Shown: positions 39,859-49,997, counted from the stretch's first letter. The stretch: 64,000 nucleotides of DNA from Thermoproteota archaeon (GCA_027492035.1 JAOZFT010000032.1:1-64000); one strand, 5' to 3'. Notes: generated by a model not told the origin, from the letters alone. Translations and numbers: made by a program.

Positions 39859-40044
39859 TTAAAGGATTTTTGAAAGGATGTCCTTGTATTCTTTTTCTAG
39901 TTTAGGGGGCGGCTGCCAAGTGACGTGTACAGCCTTTATTTCTTGGTCAAGCAAGGCATTATAAAATATTTCTATGCCTATGTTTATTACTTTTAATTCA
40001 GATTTAAATAACTCCATCACTTTCTCACTCATTCCTTTTTTCAC
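39859..40044 (-). CDS. Small stand-alone FdrA-associated domain protein
   Basis: 'LKVINIGIEIFYNALLDQEIKAVHVTWQPP' resembles the C-terminal module of E. coli FdrA and the N-terminal module of YahG; 2 bp downstream of fdrA. Confidence 0.8.
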   Translation of the reverse strand: MKKGMSEKVMELFKSELKVINIGIEIFYNALLDQEIKAVHVTWQPPPKLEKEYKDILSKIL

Positions 40045-40046
40045 CT

Positions 40047-41669
40047 CTATTGTGGAAACAGGAAAGATTCATATGTTCTTTCTAATGTATCCTCTTTCAT
40101 TCTCCCCTTCGATGCCACTGCTGAAGCTAATATAGCCATTAAAGCATTAGTTGGAAGAACTGTAACACCTAAACTTTCCAGTTTCTTTGTTTGGAGCGAA
40201 AGGTTTTGGGGGTCTCTATCCGTCCCGCATACATGGGCTAAAATAGCTAAGTACCTTCCGTTTTTTTCAGCTGTTTCTTTTGCTTTCCTTATAGCTTCTG
40301 TATGGGCTTCAGCTGGGTCTGAATGTGAACCGTAACCTAGAACGAAATCAAGGAGTATAACAGCAACTTCTGGGTCCTTTGCCTCTTCTATCAACCTTAA
40401 ATTCCTAATCGTCGGGTCAATCATCGGATGAGCTCTGCCTATGGTGAACTCTTCCTCCCCTAAATCAACTACTGTGTGTTGAAAACTTTTGTAAGGGTTT
40501 TTTAATCCAAGCCTAGGTTCTAGGGGTGCATTGGAGTAAACGTCTCCCAAAGTTTCTTTTAAGATAATAAGTGACTCATACGTTAATGTTCCCCCTGTAA
40601 AAAGTCCCCTTATGTATTTCTGTTTTTCTTCAAATTGAGAATAAAGCTTTTCACTTTTCCTTAACAACTCCTCTGCAGGTATTGAAATCTTCTTTTCTGC
40701 CTCTTTGAAAAGTTTTTCGTCAAGGAGTCTTACCGACTCTAAAGCTGCTGCATGTAACGTTCTTGTTTGGACAAGTCTTTCCTTAAGTTGATTGGGTACT
40801 TCAAAAACTTTCCCGCCCATGAAACAGGTAACATATTTCTTTTTTGTGTTGTATGTTATATAATCAAGTATTTTTTTCTGAACTTCGGGATCTGGTGGTT
40901 TAGCCACTAGAGTTACTACTTTTGTTTCGGTATCTTTCTCTAAAGCCTTTATTGACTCTAAAGCCATTATTCCCCCCACTTTCTTTTTAACATCTCCTCC
41001 ACCTATTCCTATTCCCTGTGAAACACCTGAACCGGCTACAGTTATTAAAACACTTACCTCCTGTAAACCTGTTCCAGCTGCTGCAACTATGCCTATTGGT
41101 CCCTTATTTACTACGTTAGCGAAAGCTATTGCTTTGTTATTTATTATTGAGGTGCCTGCAGCAGCCCCCATTACAAGGAGACCCCTCTCCTTTGCGTATT
41201 CCTTTATTTCAAGTTCATCCTCAATGGGTACATGGTCACTGAATAAGTGCACGTGAATTCCTCTATCTAAAAGTTTCAGCGTTATTTCTTTAGCGTATTC
41301 CCCTGGGACGGAAACGATTGCTAAATTAGCATCAGGTAATGCCTCTAATGCAGTTTCTAAGCTGTAAAAGTATTGTCCAGCTTTTGGAGGCTTAGTTAGC
41401 ATTTTTTCAATTGTTTCAACAGCCTTATTTATTATTTCTTCAGTTGATGCGGAAACAGCTATTACCATGTCGCTTTCTCCAGCTATTTTCCCTTCCTCAA
41501 CCAATAAACCTAGTTTTTCCAGTATTTCCTTGTTTGTTTTTGTACCCATAACTACAGCTGCATCCATTACTCCCTCTATTTTTTTAGCTTGTTCTGACAA
41601 ATGGAGGAGCTGTAAAGAGTCCCTATAAAAATTCTTCTTCACCACATTTTTTACAGGCAAATTTATCAC
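40047..41669 (-). CDS. fdrA: FdrA (AllF/YahF)-type acyl-CoA-synthetase-like protein
   Basis: 'YRDSLQL', 'VMGTKTNK', 'SVPGEYA', 'GTGLQE', 'GRAHPMIDP' and 'DFVLGYGSH' motifs. Confidence 0.93.
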   Translation of the reverse strand: MINLPVKNVVKKNFYRDSLQLLHLSEQAKKIEGVMDAAVVMGTKTNKEILEKLGLLVEEGKIAGESDMVIAVSASTEEIINKAVETIEKMLTKPPKAGQYFYSLETALEALPDANLAIVSVPGEYAKEITLKLLDRGIHVHLFSDHVPIEDELEIKEYAKERGLLVMGAAAGTSIINNKAIAFANVVNKGPIGIVAAAGTGLQEVSVLITVAGSGVSQGIGIGGGDVKKKVGGIMALESIKALEKDTETKVVTLVAKPPDPEVQKKILDYITYNTKKKYVTCFMGGKVFEVPNQLKERLVQTRTLHAAALESVRLLDEKLFKEAEKKISIPAEELLRKSEKLYSQFEEKQKYIRGLFTGGTLTYESLIILKETLGDVYSNAPLEPRLGLKNPYKSFQHTVVDLGEEEFTIGRAHPMIDPTIRNLRLIEEAKDPEVAVILLDFVLGYGSHSDPAEAHTEAIRKAKETAEKNGRYLAILAHVCGTDRDPQNLSLQTKKLESLGVTVLPTNALMAILASAVASKGRMKEDTLERTYESFLFPQ

Positions 41670-41715
41670 CTAAATTTTTAATTCTATTTCTCCTTCTTTG
41701 TTTCCAAGAGTTTAC

Positions 41716-42675
41716 TCATTTATTTTTGTATATTAAGGTCCCTGTTTTTCCATCTAAAGCGTCAACCGCTTTATTTAACGAGGTAATTATCGCCTTTTTC
41801 CCCCCAAACTCCAGAAACCTTATGCAAGCCTTTACTTTCGGCCCCATACTTCCAGCCAAGAAATGGCCCTCCTCTAAATATTTTTTGGCTTCTTCAATAG
41901 ACATTGTGTCAATGTCTTTCTCGTTTGGTTTTCCATAGTTCAATTTAGCTTTTTCTACATCCGTCAAGATAAGGAAAATGTCGGGTTTCACCACTTCAGC
42001 TAGTCTCTCCCCTGCTAAATCTTTATCTATCACTGCTTCAACTCCCTTTAATGAGCCATCCTTCTGCGAAACAACAGGTATTCCTCCGCCTCCTGAGGCT
42101 ATAACTATTACCCCTGCATTAACTAGCCTCTTTATTGCTTCCCCCTCTATTGGACGTATAGGGTCAGGTGAAGGAACAACTCTCCGGTACACTCGTTCAC
42201 CAGCAGGTTTCACTTTTCTAATGAAGTAATTTCTTTCTTTCTTCAATTCTTCAGCCTCTTCTAAAGTGTAAAACGGTCCAACGGGTTTATGTGGATCTTG
42301 GAAATCCGGATCGTCCTCTCTAACCAACACTTGTGTCACAATAGTTGCTACAGGAATGTTTATACCCTCTCTTTGTAAATAGTTTATTAATGTCTGTTGT
42401 AACATGTAACCTATTTGTCCTTGTGTCATAGCACCTAAGACATCTAAGGGTTGTGCAGGAACTTTACTTACTCCCTCTTCCTGTTGGATAAGTAAGTTAC
42501 CCACCTGAGGACCGTTTCCATGAGTAATAACTAAACCGTAGCCTCTTTTCACTATTTCAAGCAAGTGTTTACATGTTTCTCTAACGTTTCTAAACTGTTC
42601 TTCAGCTGTTCCTTTTTCATCGGCTTGTTTTATTGCGTTTCCTCCCAATGCAATAAGAATAACTTCTTTTTTCAT
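41716..42675 (-). CDS. arcC: Carbamate kinase
   Basis: 'ALGGNA', 'THGNGPQVG', 'RRVVPSP', 'EAVIDKD' and 'GSMGPKV' motifs. Confidence 0.97.
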   Translation of the reverse strand: MKKEVILIALGGNAIKQADEKGTAEEQFRNVRETCKHLLEIVKRGYGLVITHGNGPQVGNLLIQQEEGVSKVPAQPLDVLGAMTQGQIGYMLQQTLINYLQREGINIPVATIVTQVLVREDDPDFQDPHKPVGPFYTLEEAEELKKERNYFIRKVKPAGERVYRRVVPSPDPIRPIEGEAIKRLVNAGVIVIASGGGGIPVVSQKDGSLKGVEAVIDKDLAGERLAEVVKPDIFLILTDVEKAKLNYGKPNEKDIDTMSIEEAKKYLEEGHFLAGSMGPKVKACIRFLEFGGKKAIITSLNKAVDALDGKTGTLIYKNK

Positions 42676-42807
42676 GTTATCAACCTTTGCAAAAGCGTTT
42701 TATCCTTATTTAGAAAGGATGTGAAATAAAGAATAAGGGAAAGCAGTAGTGCTTTTAAAAAATTTTTGCTTAATTTACCATTTTTCCAGCGTAGAATGTA
42801 AAATTCT

Positions 42808-43599
42808 TTATTTTCTTTTAAGAACAATCCCCGCTGGATCTATTTCTTCCCTCAAAACTTTTAATTCCTTTTCAGTTGGAGAAGGAGTTTGAGGTATCTT
42901 TTCCGGGATTATCAGTTCAAAGCTTGTATTTTCAACCACTTCCTTAACAGTTACTCCCGGGTGTAGTGAAAGTAATTTCATCCTTTTAGTTTCTTCATCG
43001 AAACCCATAACCCCTAACTGTGTAATTACTCTGTAAGGACCTGTATCTTCCGGTAAACCAGCTTTTTCCCTTTCACCTGGCCCTGTTAAATAACCTGGCG
43101 TAGTTATGAAATCTACCTTCTTCACGAATCTTTTCTTGTCCTGCCTCATAATAATGATGGTTTTCCATGCAAGGGAGCCTGCGTCATTAGCCCCACCACT
43201 ACCAGGCAACCTAACCTTTGGTTTATCAATATCCCCTATCACTGTTGTGTTTATGTTCCCATACATATCTATTTGAGCGGCACCCAGGAAACCATAGTCA
43301 GCGTAACCAGCTTGTAAAAAGGACATTACATAATTCATTGAAGTAGCCATCACTGCCTTGTAGAAAGTTCTGGAGTCACCAACTGAAATAGGCAGGGTGG
43401 GAAGCTGAGGCCCTACTCCTCCTGCTTCAAAAATAATTAAGAGATGGGGTGCATGGGTTTTTTGGGCAAGTGAAGCTGCTATTATAGGTAAACCAGTGCC
43501 CACTAAAACTGATCTGTTATCTTTAAGCATTTTAGAAGCTGCGCAAGCCATTAATTCAATAGTAGAAAATCCTCCTTTATCCCTTTCCACAACTCTCAC
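42808..43599 (-). CDS. Family I CoA-transferase beta subunit (GctB-like)
   Basis: 'VGTGLP', catalytic Glu in 'IFEAG', 'GAAQIDMYGNIN' and 'RLPGSGGAND'. Confidence 0.92.
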   Translation of the reverse strand: MRVVERDKGGFSTIELMACAASKMLKDNRSVLVGTGLPIIAASLAQKTHAPHLLIIFEAGGVGPQLPTLPISVGDSRTFYKAVMATSMNYVMSFLQAGYADYGFLGAAQIDMYGNINTTVIGDIDKPKVRLPGSGGANDAGSLAWKTIIIMRQDKKRFVKKVDFITTPGYLTGPGEREKAGLPEDTGPYRVITQLGVMGFDEETKRMKLLSLHPGVTVKEVVENTSFELIIPEKIPQTPSPTEKELKVLREEIDPAGIVLKRK

Positions 43600-44609
43600 C
43601 TCTCCATCCAGGGAGCTTCCAACCTTACTTGAAGTTTCTCAAGTTTCTTCAAGTAGTTAAGCTTCTTCACTCCCCCTACTAAGTTTAAATATTCCACGAA
43701 GTCTTTAACACCGTAAACGTATTTGTCTAAATATTGCTCAACCCCTTCATCTGTTTTAGAAAGTTTGAGCCATTCACCAATATGTTCCTCATCAAAATAG
43801 TAAAGATACGGCATGTGACAGGGGTGGCTGCCGTAAGGCACCTCCACAACAGCATCTACGAGGAAGAAAGGAATAACTGTTCTGTCAGGCCTCTTCCTAA
43901 TTTCTTCTTCCTCAACTATCTCCTCAGTTGTAACAATTAACCTTCTAGCAGCCCTAGCTAATTCGAAATCCATAACCAATATTCCGTCAATTTGGGAGTT
44001 TCCGTAAATATCACATCTGTGTACATGCAGTATTGCAACATCTGGATAGCATGCAGGAACAAGGCATATTCTTTTCCCAGAGAAGGGGTCTTTCACAACC
44101 TTTGATGAACTTCTTTTAAAAGTGTCTGTTCCAAGCAAAACCCTTACAGGCATAAAAGGTAAACCTAAAGCCGCAGCTTCTAACCTCCATTGGAAAGCAG
44201 CGTTGCTCCATTCACTGGCTACTTTCACCTTGCCTTTTTCAACTGCTCTTCTTGAAGCTGGAGACAACCCCCTTAATTCATGTCCAAAACAGTAAGCAAC
44301 CTCTACCTTGCTTGCACAACCCGAAGCCATGAGCAAATCTGTGTCATGAACCCCTGTTTTCCCTCCAACAATCAAATCCTTCTTTTTCTGCCTAATTATT
44401 TCATAAACAGCAGCCATTGGAACTCTTACATGACCAAAGCCGCCGAAAGCAATGTAGCAGCCATTTTTGACGTATCTTTTCACCGCTTCCCTTAGATCCA
44501 TCCTTTTATCCTTTAATGTCCTAAACTTGTTCCTTTCCACCCATTTCCTATGCTCATCAGGATCATGCCAAGCTAGAAGTTCACCCTCACCTTCCTCGAC
44601 CACTTCCAT
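43596..44609 (-). CDS. Family I CoA-transferase alpha subunit (GctA-like)
   Basis: 'GGFG..RVPMAAVYEIIRQ', 'AAALGLPFMP', 'PDVAILHV' and 'PYGSHP' motifs. Confidence 0.92.
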   Translation of the reverse strand: MEVVEEGEGELLAWHDPDEHRKWVERNKFRTLKDKRMDLREAVKRYVKNGCYIAFGGFGHVRVPMAAVYEIIRQKKKDLIVGGKTGVHDTDLLMASGCASKVEVAYCFGHELRGLSPASRRAVEKGKVKVASEWSNAAFQWRLEAAALGLPFMPVRVLLGTDTFKRSSSKVVKDPFSGKRICLVPACYPDVAILHVHRCDIYGNSQIDGILVMDFELARAARRLIVTTEEIVEEEEIRKRPDRTVIPFFLVDAVVEVPYGSHPCHMPYLYYFDEEHIGEWLKLSKTDEGVEQYLDKYVYGVKDFVEYLNLVGGVKKLNYLKKLEKLQVRLEAPWMER

Positions 44610-44892
44610 TCCTAAACCCCAGTAAAAGTTTTATCTTTATTTGAGGAAGGTAAGGTGTCCCCTCTAAAATAAATATTTTACTACTTTCCTTTTGGTTCAA
44701 TTGACGATTAAGCCTAACCTATTCAGTTGGAAGTAATTATTAAAAAAATAAGACTATTCTTTGAACTTTTCAGCTTTAAGGTTATGTGTAAATATTTAAA
44801 AGAAATTAAGTTAGGAAAAAGAGAATCTGTTTTTAAAACGTTAAAATAAACAAGGAATTAACCAGTAAAGATAGAAAGAAAAAGAAGGGGAA

Positions 44893-45627
44893 TTAAATTT
44901 CTACTTTTTCCGAAATTGTAAAGTTCTTGGCCTTTTTCAACATGTCTTCAGGGACAGGTCTCTCCCCTATAAAGTAGGGGAACCTCTTTTTTATGAAACT
45001 GTCCCAGTCTTCTTTGGTTATATAAAAGACTCTTGCTCCTCCGAGTTCATGCTGATATTCAGGCCATGGCTTTTGTTTTTTACCCCATTTTAGTGCAAAT
45101 ACACGTATCCCTATGTAAGACTCGAAAGTCGCCCACCACTCCTTCACTCCAAGGTAGTCGAAAGCGTATTCAACTTTTGCAGCATATAGTGACGGACCTA
45201 ATCCTACTCCCCTTACAAATGACATTGTATGTAAACTATATGCTATGTCGTTGCTATATAACCTAGCATTCACTATTCCTGCTAATTTCCCGTCTATTGT
45301 CCCCAATAGTAAGTAATGATCTTTTATTCTGTACCTGTACCATGCAAGGATCTCTGCGTAAGTTCTCACTGCGACTATGTCGTAGAAATCTTTCTCTACA
45401 TCGAAATAGGGCCTTATTGCCTTTAAAACTTTTGGTACATCTTCTCTAGTTGCTTGGTGGACAACCATTTTTGTTCCATCTCTCAAAGTAAGTACTTTCG
45501 GTGGGTAAGGAGTGTTTTGCAGTACTGGTGACTCCGGAGGCCTTAAGTTTGGTTCTAAATCCTCAACTTTAACAGTATATTCAGTTGCTGAAACAGGACA
45601 AGGCGGTTTTAAAGCCACGTTCATCAC
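44893..45627 (-). CDS. GNAT-fold protein of unknown specificity
   Basis: Acetyl-CoA-binding motif A-like 'VRGVGLGPSLY', preceded by 'GTIDGKLAG' and followed by 'EYAFDYLGVK'. Confidence 0.6.
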   Translation of the reverse strand: MMNVALKPPCPVSATEYTVKVEDLEPNLRPPESPVLQNTPYPPKVLTLRDGTKMVVHQATREDVPKVLKAIRPYFDVEKDFYDIVAVRTYAEILAWYRYRIKDHYLLLGTIDGKLAGIVNARLYSNDIAYSLHTMSFVRGVGLGPSLYAAKVEYAFDYLGVKEWWATFESYIGIRVFALKWGKKQKPWPEYQHELGGARVFYITKEDWDSFIKKRFPYFIGERPVPEDMLKKAKNFTISEKVEI

Positions 45628-45764
45628 TCTCCTTTTTATTTTATTTAAAAAGCTTAAAGCTTACTTTTCTAACCTATTAGGAAATAAGTATGCATAAGTT
45701 TGTGGGTTCAAATTTAAATATTTCTAATTTTTCATTTATCTTTCGATTCTTCCTTTATGTTTTT

Positions 45765-46211
45765 TTAAGTTGCTTCTAATGATTCCTTCACGCATTCAAA
45801 CATTTTCTTAATCACTTTATCCATGGCTCCTTGGATCATTCCCTTTGCTAATCCCCCAAGTAAGCCACTTGTTTCTGCAGTTGCTTTCCAAGCAAAGGTT
45901 GTAGTGTTTGGTGATTCCTCCTCCAATTTTATCTCTACCTCTGAATTAAATGAACTGTTCACTCCTTTACCTTTTAAAGCAAGTCTTGCGAAGTAGTCAT
46001 CGGGTTTTTCCTCCAAAATTGCCACGTTTATATTGAAGGTTCCCTTAATAAACCCAACTCCAGCCTTGACTTTAGCTGTGAAAGATCTTTCTCCTGTCTT
46101 TTCGTATTCTTTTAAGCCTGGAACACATTTAACTATTTCATCTGTATTGGAAACAAACTCCCAAACTTTGTTCCGAGGCGCATTTATTAAGAACTTACCT
46201 TCAAACTCCAT
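45765..46211 (-). CDS. coxG: CoxG/SRPBCC (START-like) family protein
   Basis: 'MEFEGKFLINAPRNKVWEF...KCVPG' and 'VGFIKGTF'. Likely ATG start at 46211. Confidence 0.87.
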   Translation of the reverse strand: MEFEGKFLINAPRNKVWEFVSNTDEIVKCVPGLKEYEKTGERSFTAKVKAGVGFIKGTFNINVAILEEKPDDYFARLALKGKGVNSSFNSEVEIKLEEESPNTTTFAWKATAETSGLLGGLAKGMIQGAMDKVIKKMFECVKESLEAT

Positions 46212-46363
46212 ACGAAAGTCACCCTCTACAGGAAAATTCAAATAGTAAAAGGTTACTTTCGCTTGCTCTTTTTAAATGTATCCTTCATTTTCTTGCTCTG
46301 AAAACTTTCTTAAGGCTTTTTCTAAGTTTTTCTCATGTTTTATATCAAATATAAAATTTAATG

Positions 46364-46377
46364 AGCCTACGTAGGCT
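46364..46377. promoter_or_regulatory. Perfect 14-bp palindrome AGCCTACGTAGGCT in the divergent coxG/BMP intergenic region
   Basis: The palindrome is read directly and is GC-richer than its surroundings; the operator role is inferred. Confidence 0.35.
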
Positions 46378-46643
46378 GCAAATTAATGCTTATCCCTGTC
46401 TCTTCTTGAACAAAAGCCAATTCCCTTTGAAATTTATTCAAGTTTATTTATTGGGTTCTTAATAAAATAGGAAACACATCGGCTGAAAAAAGATAAAGTG
46501 AGGTTCTGAAACATTAAAATTTAAATATAAAGTGAAGGATAAGTATGAGTTATTCCCTTACGGAGGCATTTCCCGTCCAAAAAAGGGAAAAAATCTATGG
46601 AATCACTTAAGAATTTGTTTTTTAAAAATACGAGGGGTAAAAT

Positions 46644-47786
46644 GTGATTGAGAATAAAATAAAGGTTGGATCTGCAGTCTTTATCTTTGTATTGGCAATA
46701 GTTCTAGCTGGATGCGTTGGTCAACCACCATCTCCAACTCCTACACCTACACCAACAGCAACTCCTACACCTACACCAACTGTTTCACCAACAGCAACTC
46801 CGACTCCTAAACATCCAGAAATAAAAATTGCTCTCATCTTACCGGGTTCAATAACTGACAGAGGATGGGATCAAGATCCTTACGAGGGTTTCATGCAAGC
46901 TAAGAAAGATTTCGGAATTACTGCTGAATACACTGAAGGGACAGACATCACAGGTACCGCTGAAGACTACCCAAGGATAATAAGAGATTATTGTAGAAGA
47001 GGGTTCCAATTAATCATTGCACATGGATTCCAGTACAGAGACGCTGTAAAAGAAGCTGCTAAGGATTATCCGAATGTTTGGTTCACTTTCGATGGTTCAG
47101 CTGAAGACATAACTAGCAATACTGCTCCGTGGATATCCCTAGGCCATGAACCAGCTTATTTAGCGGGCATATTAGCTGCAAAAATGACAAAATCAAAAAT
47201 TGTAGGCGTCTATAATGGAATGCCTGTACCTATTGAAGTCCCATGCATGGAGGCTTTCAAGGCAGGTGTACACTCAGTTGACCCTAATATAAAAATATTG
47301 TCAACTTACATAGGTGTTTGGCATGACGTACAGAAGGGGTATGACACTGCTTCCTCAATGATTGATGCAGGAGCGGATGTAATCTATGGTATCGGAGACG
47401 GAATCAATGTCGGAGGCCAGCAGGCATGTAAAGAGAAAGGAGTTTGGTTCATTGGAGGAACAGGTGGTATACATCAAGTAGAAGGAGCCCCTGATATAAC
47501 CTTGGCCTCTGTCTCATGGGGACTCGACAGAGTAATTTATCACTTAGTTAAGATCTTTGTTGAAAACGGTAAATTAGAACCTAAATTCTACCAATACTCA
47601 ATGCACACTACTATAACCGAGAAAGGCAAACGCGTAGGACCATACTTTGTCTGGAACATGGATTTAGTAAATAAAGGAGTTATTCCCAAAGACGTCTACA
47701 ACCTCATAGAATCAACTAAAGAAGATATAATGAAAGGATTAGTCCAAGTTCCACTTGTCTTCACAGCCCCTGAGGCGCAGGGCTAA
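46644..47786 (+). CDS. BMP/PnrA family ABC substrate-binding lipoprotein (nucleoside-type)
   Basis: Lipobox 'LAGC', Pro/Thr linker, and 'DRGWDQ', 'IAHGFQY', 'AYLAGILAA' and 'GADVIY' motifs. Confidence 0.9.
   Translation: MIENKIKVGSAVFIFVLAIVLAGCVGQPPSPTPTPTPTATPTPTPTVSPTATPTPKHPEIKIALILPGSITDRGWDQDPYEGFMQAKKDFGITAEYTEGTDITGTAEDYPRIIRDYCRRGFQLIIAHGFQYRDAVKEAAKDYPNVWFTFDGSAEDITSNTAPWISLGHEPAYLAGILAAKMTKSKIVGVYNGMPVPIEVPCMEAFKAGVHSVDPNIKILSTYIGVWHDVQKGYDTASSMIDAGADVIYGIGDGINVGGQQACKEKGVWFIGGTGGIHQVEGAPDITLASVSWGLDRVIYHLVKIFVENGKLEPKFYQYSMHTTITEKGKRVGPYFVWNMDLVNKGVIPKDVYNLIESTKEDIMKGLVQVPLVFTAPEAQG
46725..46808 (+). repeat. Pro/Thr low-complexity linker repeat (PSPTPTPTPTATPTPTPTVSPTATPTP)
   Basis: Repeated CCTACACCTACACCAAC and CCAACAGCAACTCC units within the BMP gene. 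Confidence 0.85.
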
Positions 47787-47841
47787 CCCCTTCCCCTTTT
47801 TTCTTTATTTTTTAAATATAACGCAATGGAGGTCTTTTGCT

Positions 47842-48900
47842 GTGTACTTGGGAGGTGGACAGCGTTACATACTCTGGAGAGTTATTTCGGTCATAATTTC
47901 ACTTGCCATAGCTTTAGGTATAGCTTCCATTTTTATTGTAGCAGTGGGTGCTAACCCTTTAGTTGCTTTTTATGCTATATATGATGGCTCATTAAGCAAT
48001 CCAGAAGGTATTTCTGAAACCTTAATTAAAGCAACTCCTTTAATTTTTACTTCTTTAGCTTGTGCGGTGGCTTTTAAGTCTAACATGTTGAACATAGGTG
48101 CTGAAGGACAAATGTATATAGGACAAGCAGTAGCTGCAGTTGCAGCCTTAACAATGCCTTTAAATTTACCTATTTACCTTTTTATTCCCTATCTTATAGC
48201 AGTAAGTTTTATTGGCGGCGCAGCATGGGCAGCTATACCAGGATATTTAAAGTTGAAATTTGGGATAAGTGAAGTAGTAACTACTATGTTAATGAACTGG
48301 ATCCCTATTTATTTAGTGGATTACTTGGTTTTTGGCCCGTTTTATGAAACAGAGCATATTCATCCTCAAACAAATCCTATCCCTGAGGCAGCTAGGCTTC
48401 CGAGGCTTTTTCCAAGGTACAGAGTTCACGCAGGCATTTTCATAGCTGTAGCTACGGCTGTTATTCTTTATTTCTTTTTGTGGAAGACTCATAAAGGGTT
48501 TGAGTTTAGAGCTACTGGAGCTAGTGTAACTGGGGCCAGGGCCATGGGTATTAACGTGAATAAGAGGCTGATGCAAGCTATGATAATAAGTGGGGGAATT
48601 GCTGGTTTAGCAGGTTTCTCAATTGTTTCAGGCACTTACCATAAGCTCAAACTTGGAACTACAGCCATCCTCGGACATGGTTATGCAGGTATACTAGTAG
48701 CCTTAGTAGCCAATAATCACCCCTTAGGAACCGCTGTTGCAGCGTTTATTTTTGCAGTCCTAATCATTGGCTCTGAAACCATGCAACGTGCAGCAGGAGT
48801 TCCTTTCCCGGTAATAAACATAGTAGAAGCGTTGCTAGTTTTAGCTGTTTTGTTAAGTGGGAGAATGTTTGAGTACTTGTCAAAGAAGGTGAAACTTTGA
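47842..48900 (+). CDS. Nucleoside ABC transporter permease 1 (CUT2/NupB-like)
   Basis: 'NIGAEGQ', 'SEVVTTMLMN' and 'GYAGILVALVANNHP' motifs. Likely GTG start at 47842 after GGAGGT (ORF track gives 47755). Confidence 0.9.
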   Translation: MYLGGGQRYILWRVISVIISLAIALGIASIFIVAVGANPLVAFYAIYDGSLSNPEGISETLIKATPLIFTSLACAVAFKSNMLNIGAEGQMYIGQAVAAVAALTMPLNLPIYLFIPYLIAVSFIGGAAWAAIPGYLKLKFGISEVVTTMLMNWIPIYLVDYLVFGPFYETEHIHPQTNPIPEAARLPRLFPRYRVHAGIFIAVATAVILYFFLWKTHKGFEFRATGASVTGARAMGINVNKRLMQAMIISGGIAGLAGFSIVSGTYHKLKLGTTAILGHGYAGILVALVANNHPLGTAVAAFIFAVLIIGSETMQRAAGVPFPVINIVEALLVLAVLLSGRMFEYLSKKVKL

Positions 48901-48901
48901 A

Positions 48902-49864
48902 ATGTTTCCATTAAGTGAAACAATTGCTAGTATAGTTGGGAGAGGAATAATGTTCGGTGCAGCTTTACTGCTAGCTTCCCTGGGAGAAATATTTGCCCAA
49001 AAATCAGGTTTCATGAATTTAGCCATGGAAGGATTAATGACGCTTGCAGCCTCCGTCTCTTACCAAGTTATGTTTTTAACAGGTAATCCAGCTTTAGCTC
49101 TTGCAGCAGCAATGGCTAGCAGTATGGCCGTCTCGTTCATAAGTGTTTATCTCAACCAAAGATTTTACCTTGACCAAGTAGTTGCAGGCATGGCACTCTA
49201 CATCTTCTCTTTCGGCCTAGGTGTTTATATCCATAGGGTTGTTTCTGGAGGAGTTACAGGCGTAAAATTTATTGAAGTACTTAAACCTATAAATATACCC
49301 TTACTATCTAATATTCCAATCCTAGGACCTATTCTTTTCAAACAAAACGTACTAGTCTACACGGCAATTATTTTGTCTTTTATTGCTTACATAGTTTTAT
49401 TCAGGACCAGTTGGGGCTTAACAGTTAGGGCGGTTGGGGAGAACCCTAAGGCTGCTGACAATGCCGGTATAAACGTTTATAGGACAAGGTACTTAGCGAC
49501 TCTACTTAGCGGGGCTGGTGCAGGTTTAGGTGGGGCATACATTGTCTTAGCAGTGCTAGGCAATTTCCAAGAACTTGTAGTTAGCGGAAGAGGATGGATA
49601 ACCATTGCAATGGTTATTTTTTCGCAATGGAACCCCCTTTACGCAATAATAGGTTCCTTCTTTTTTGGTACCATGGAGTCGGTGGCGAAATTCATGGAAA
49701 TAACTAGAGAAATATCTATTACCGGAGGTATACCCTACCAGTTTTTCTGGATGATACCTTACATAGCCAGTATTTTAGCTTTAGTGGTAGCCTTTAAGAA
49801 AGCAGCTCTACCCTCTGCTTTGTTTAAAGTTTATAAAAGAGAAGAAGCTATAAGTGAAGTATAG
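48902..49864 (+). CDS. Nucleoside ABC transporter permease 2 (NupC-like)
   Basis: 'KSGFMNLAMEG', 'RAVGENPKAADNAGINV' and 'GRGW' motifs. Confidence 0.9.
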   Translation: MFPLSETIASIVGRGIMFGAALLLASLGEIFAQKSGFMNLAMEGLMTLAASVSYQVMFLTGNPALALAAAMASSMAVSFISVYLNQRFYLDQVVAGMALYIFSFGLGVYIHRVVSGGVTGVKFIEVLKPINIPLLSNIPILGPILFKQNVLVYTAIILSFIAYIVLFRTSWGLTVRAVGENPKAADNAGINVYRTRYLATLLSGAGAGLGGAYIVLAVLGNFQELVVSGRGWITIAMVIFSQWNPLYAIIGSFFFGTMESVAKFMEITREISITGGIPYQFFWMIPYIASILALVVAFKKAALPSALFKVYKREEAISEV

Positions 49865-49997
49865 GATCCTCAGAGAGGCGATATTGAAATGGTTCCTTTT
49901 TTCTTCGGTACCTTTATTAATTGGAAAAAGGTTAAGTGTATTTTTGGTTTTTCGAAAATTTCAATATGTAAAAAATTTTTTGATGGGGGAGCCATTA

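Noticed and set aside
44714-45678. Shared 10-mer CTAACCTATT upstream of the CoA-transferase alpha and GNAT genes
   Set aside because: Only two copies at different distances from the starts in AT-rich DNA; compatible with chance.
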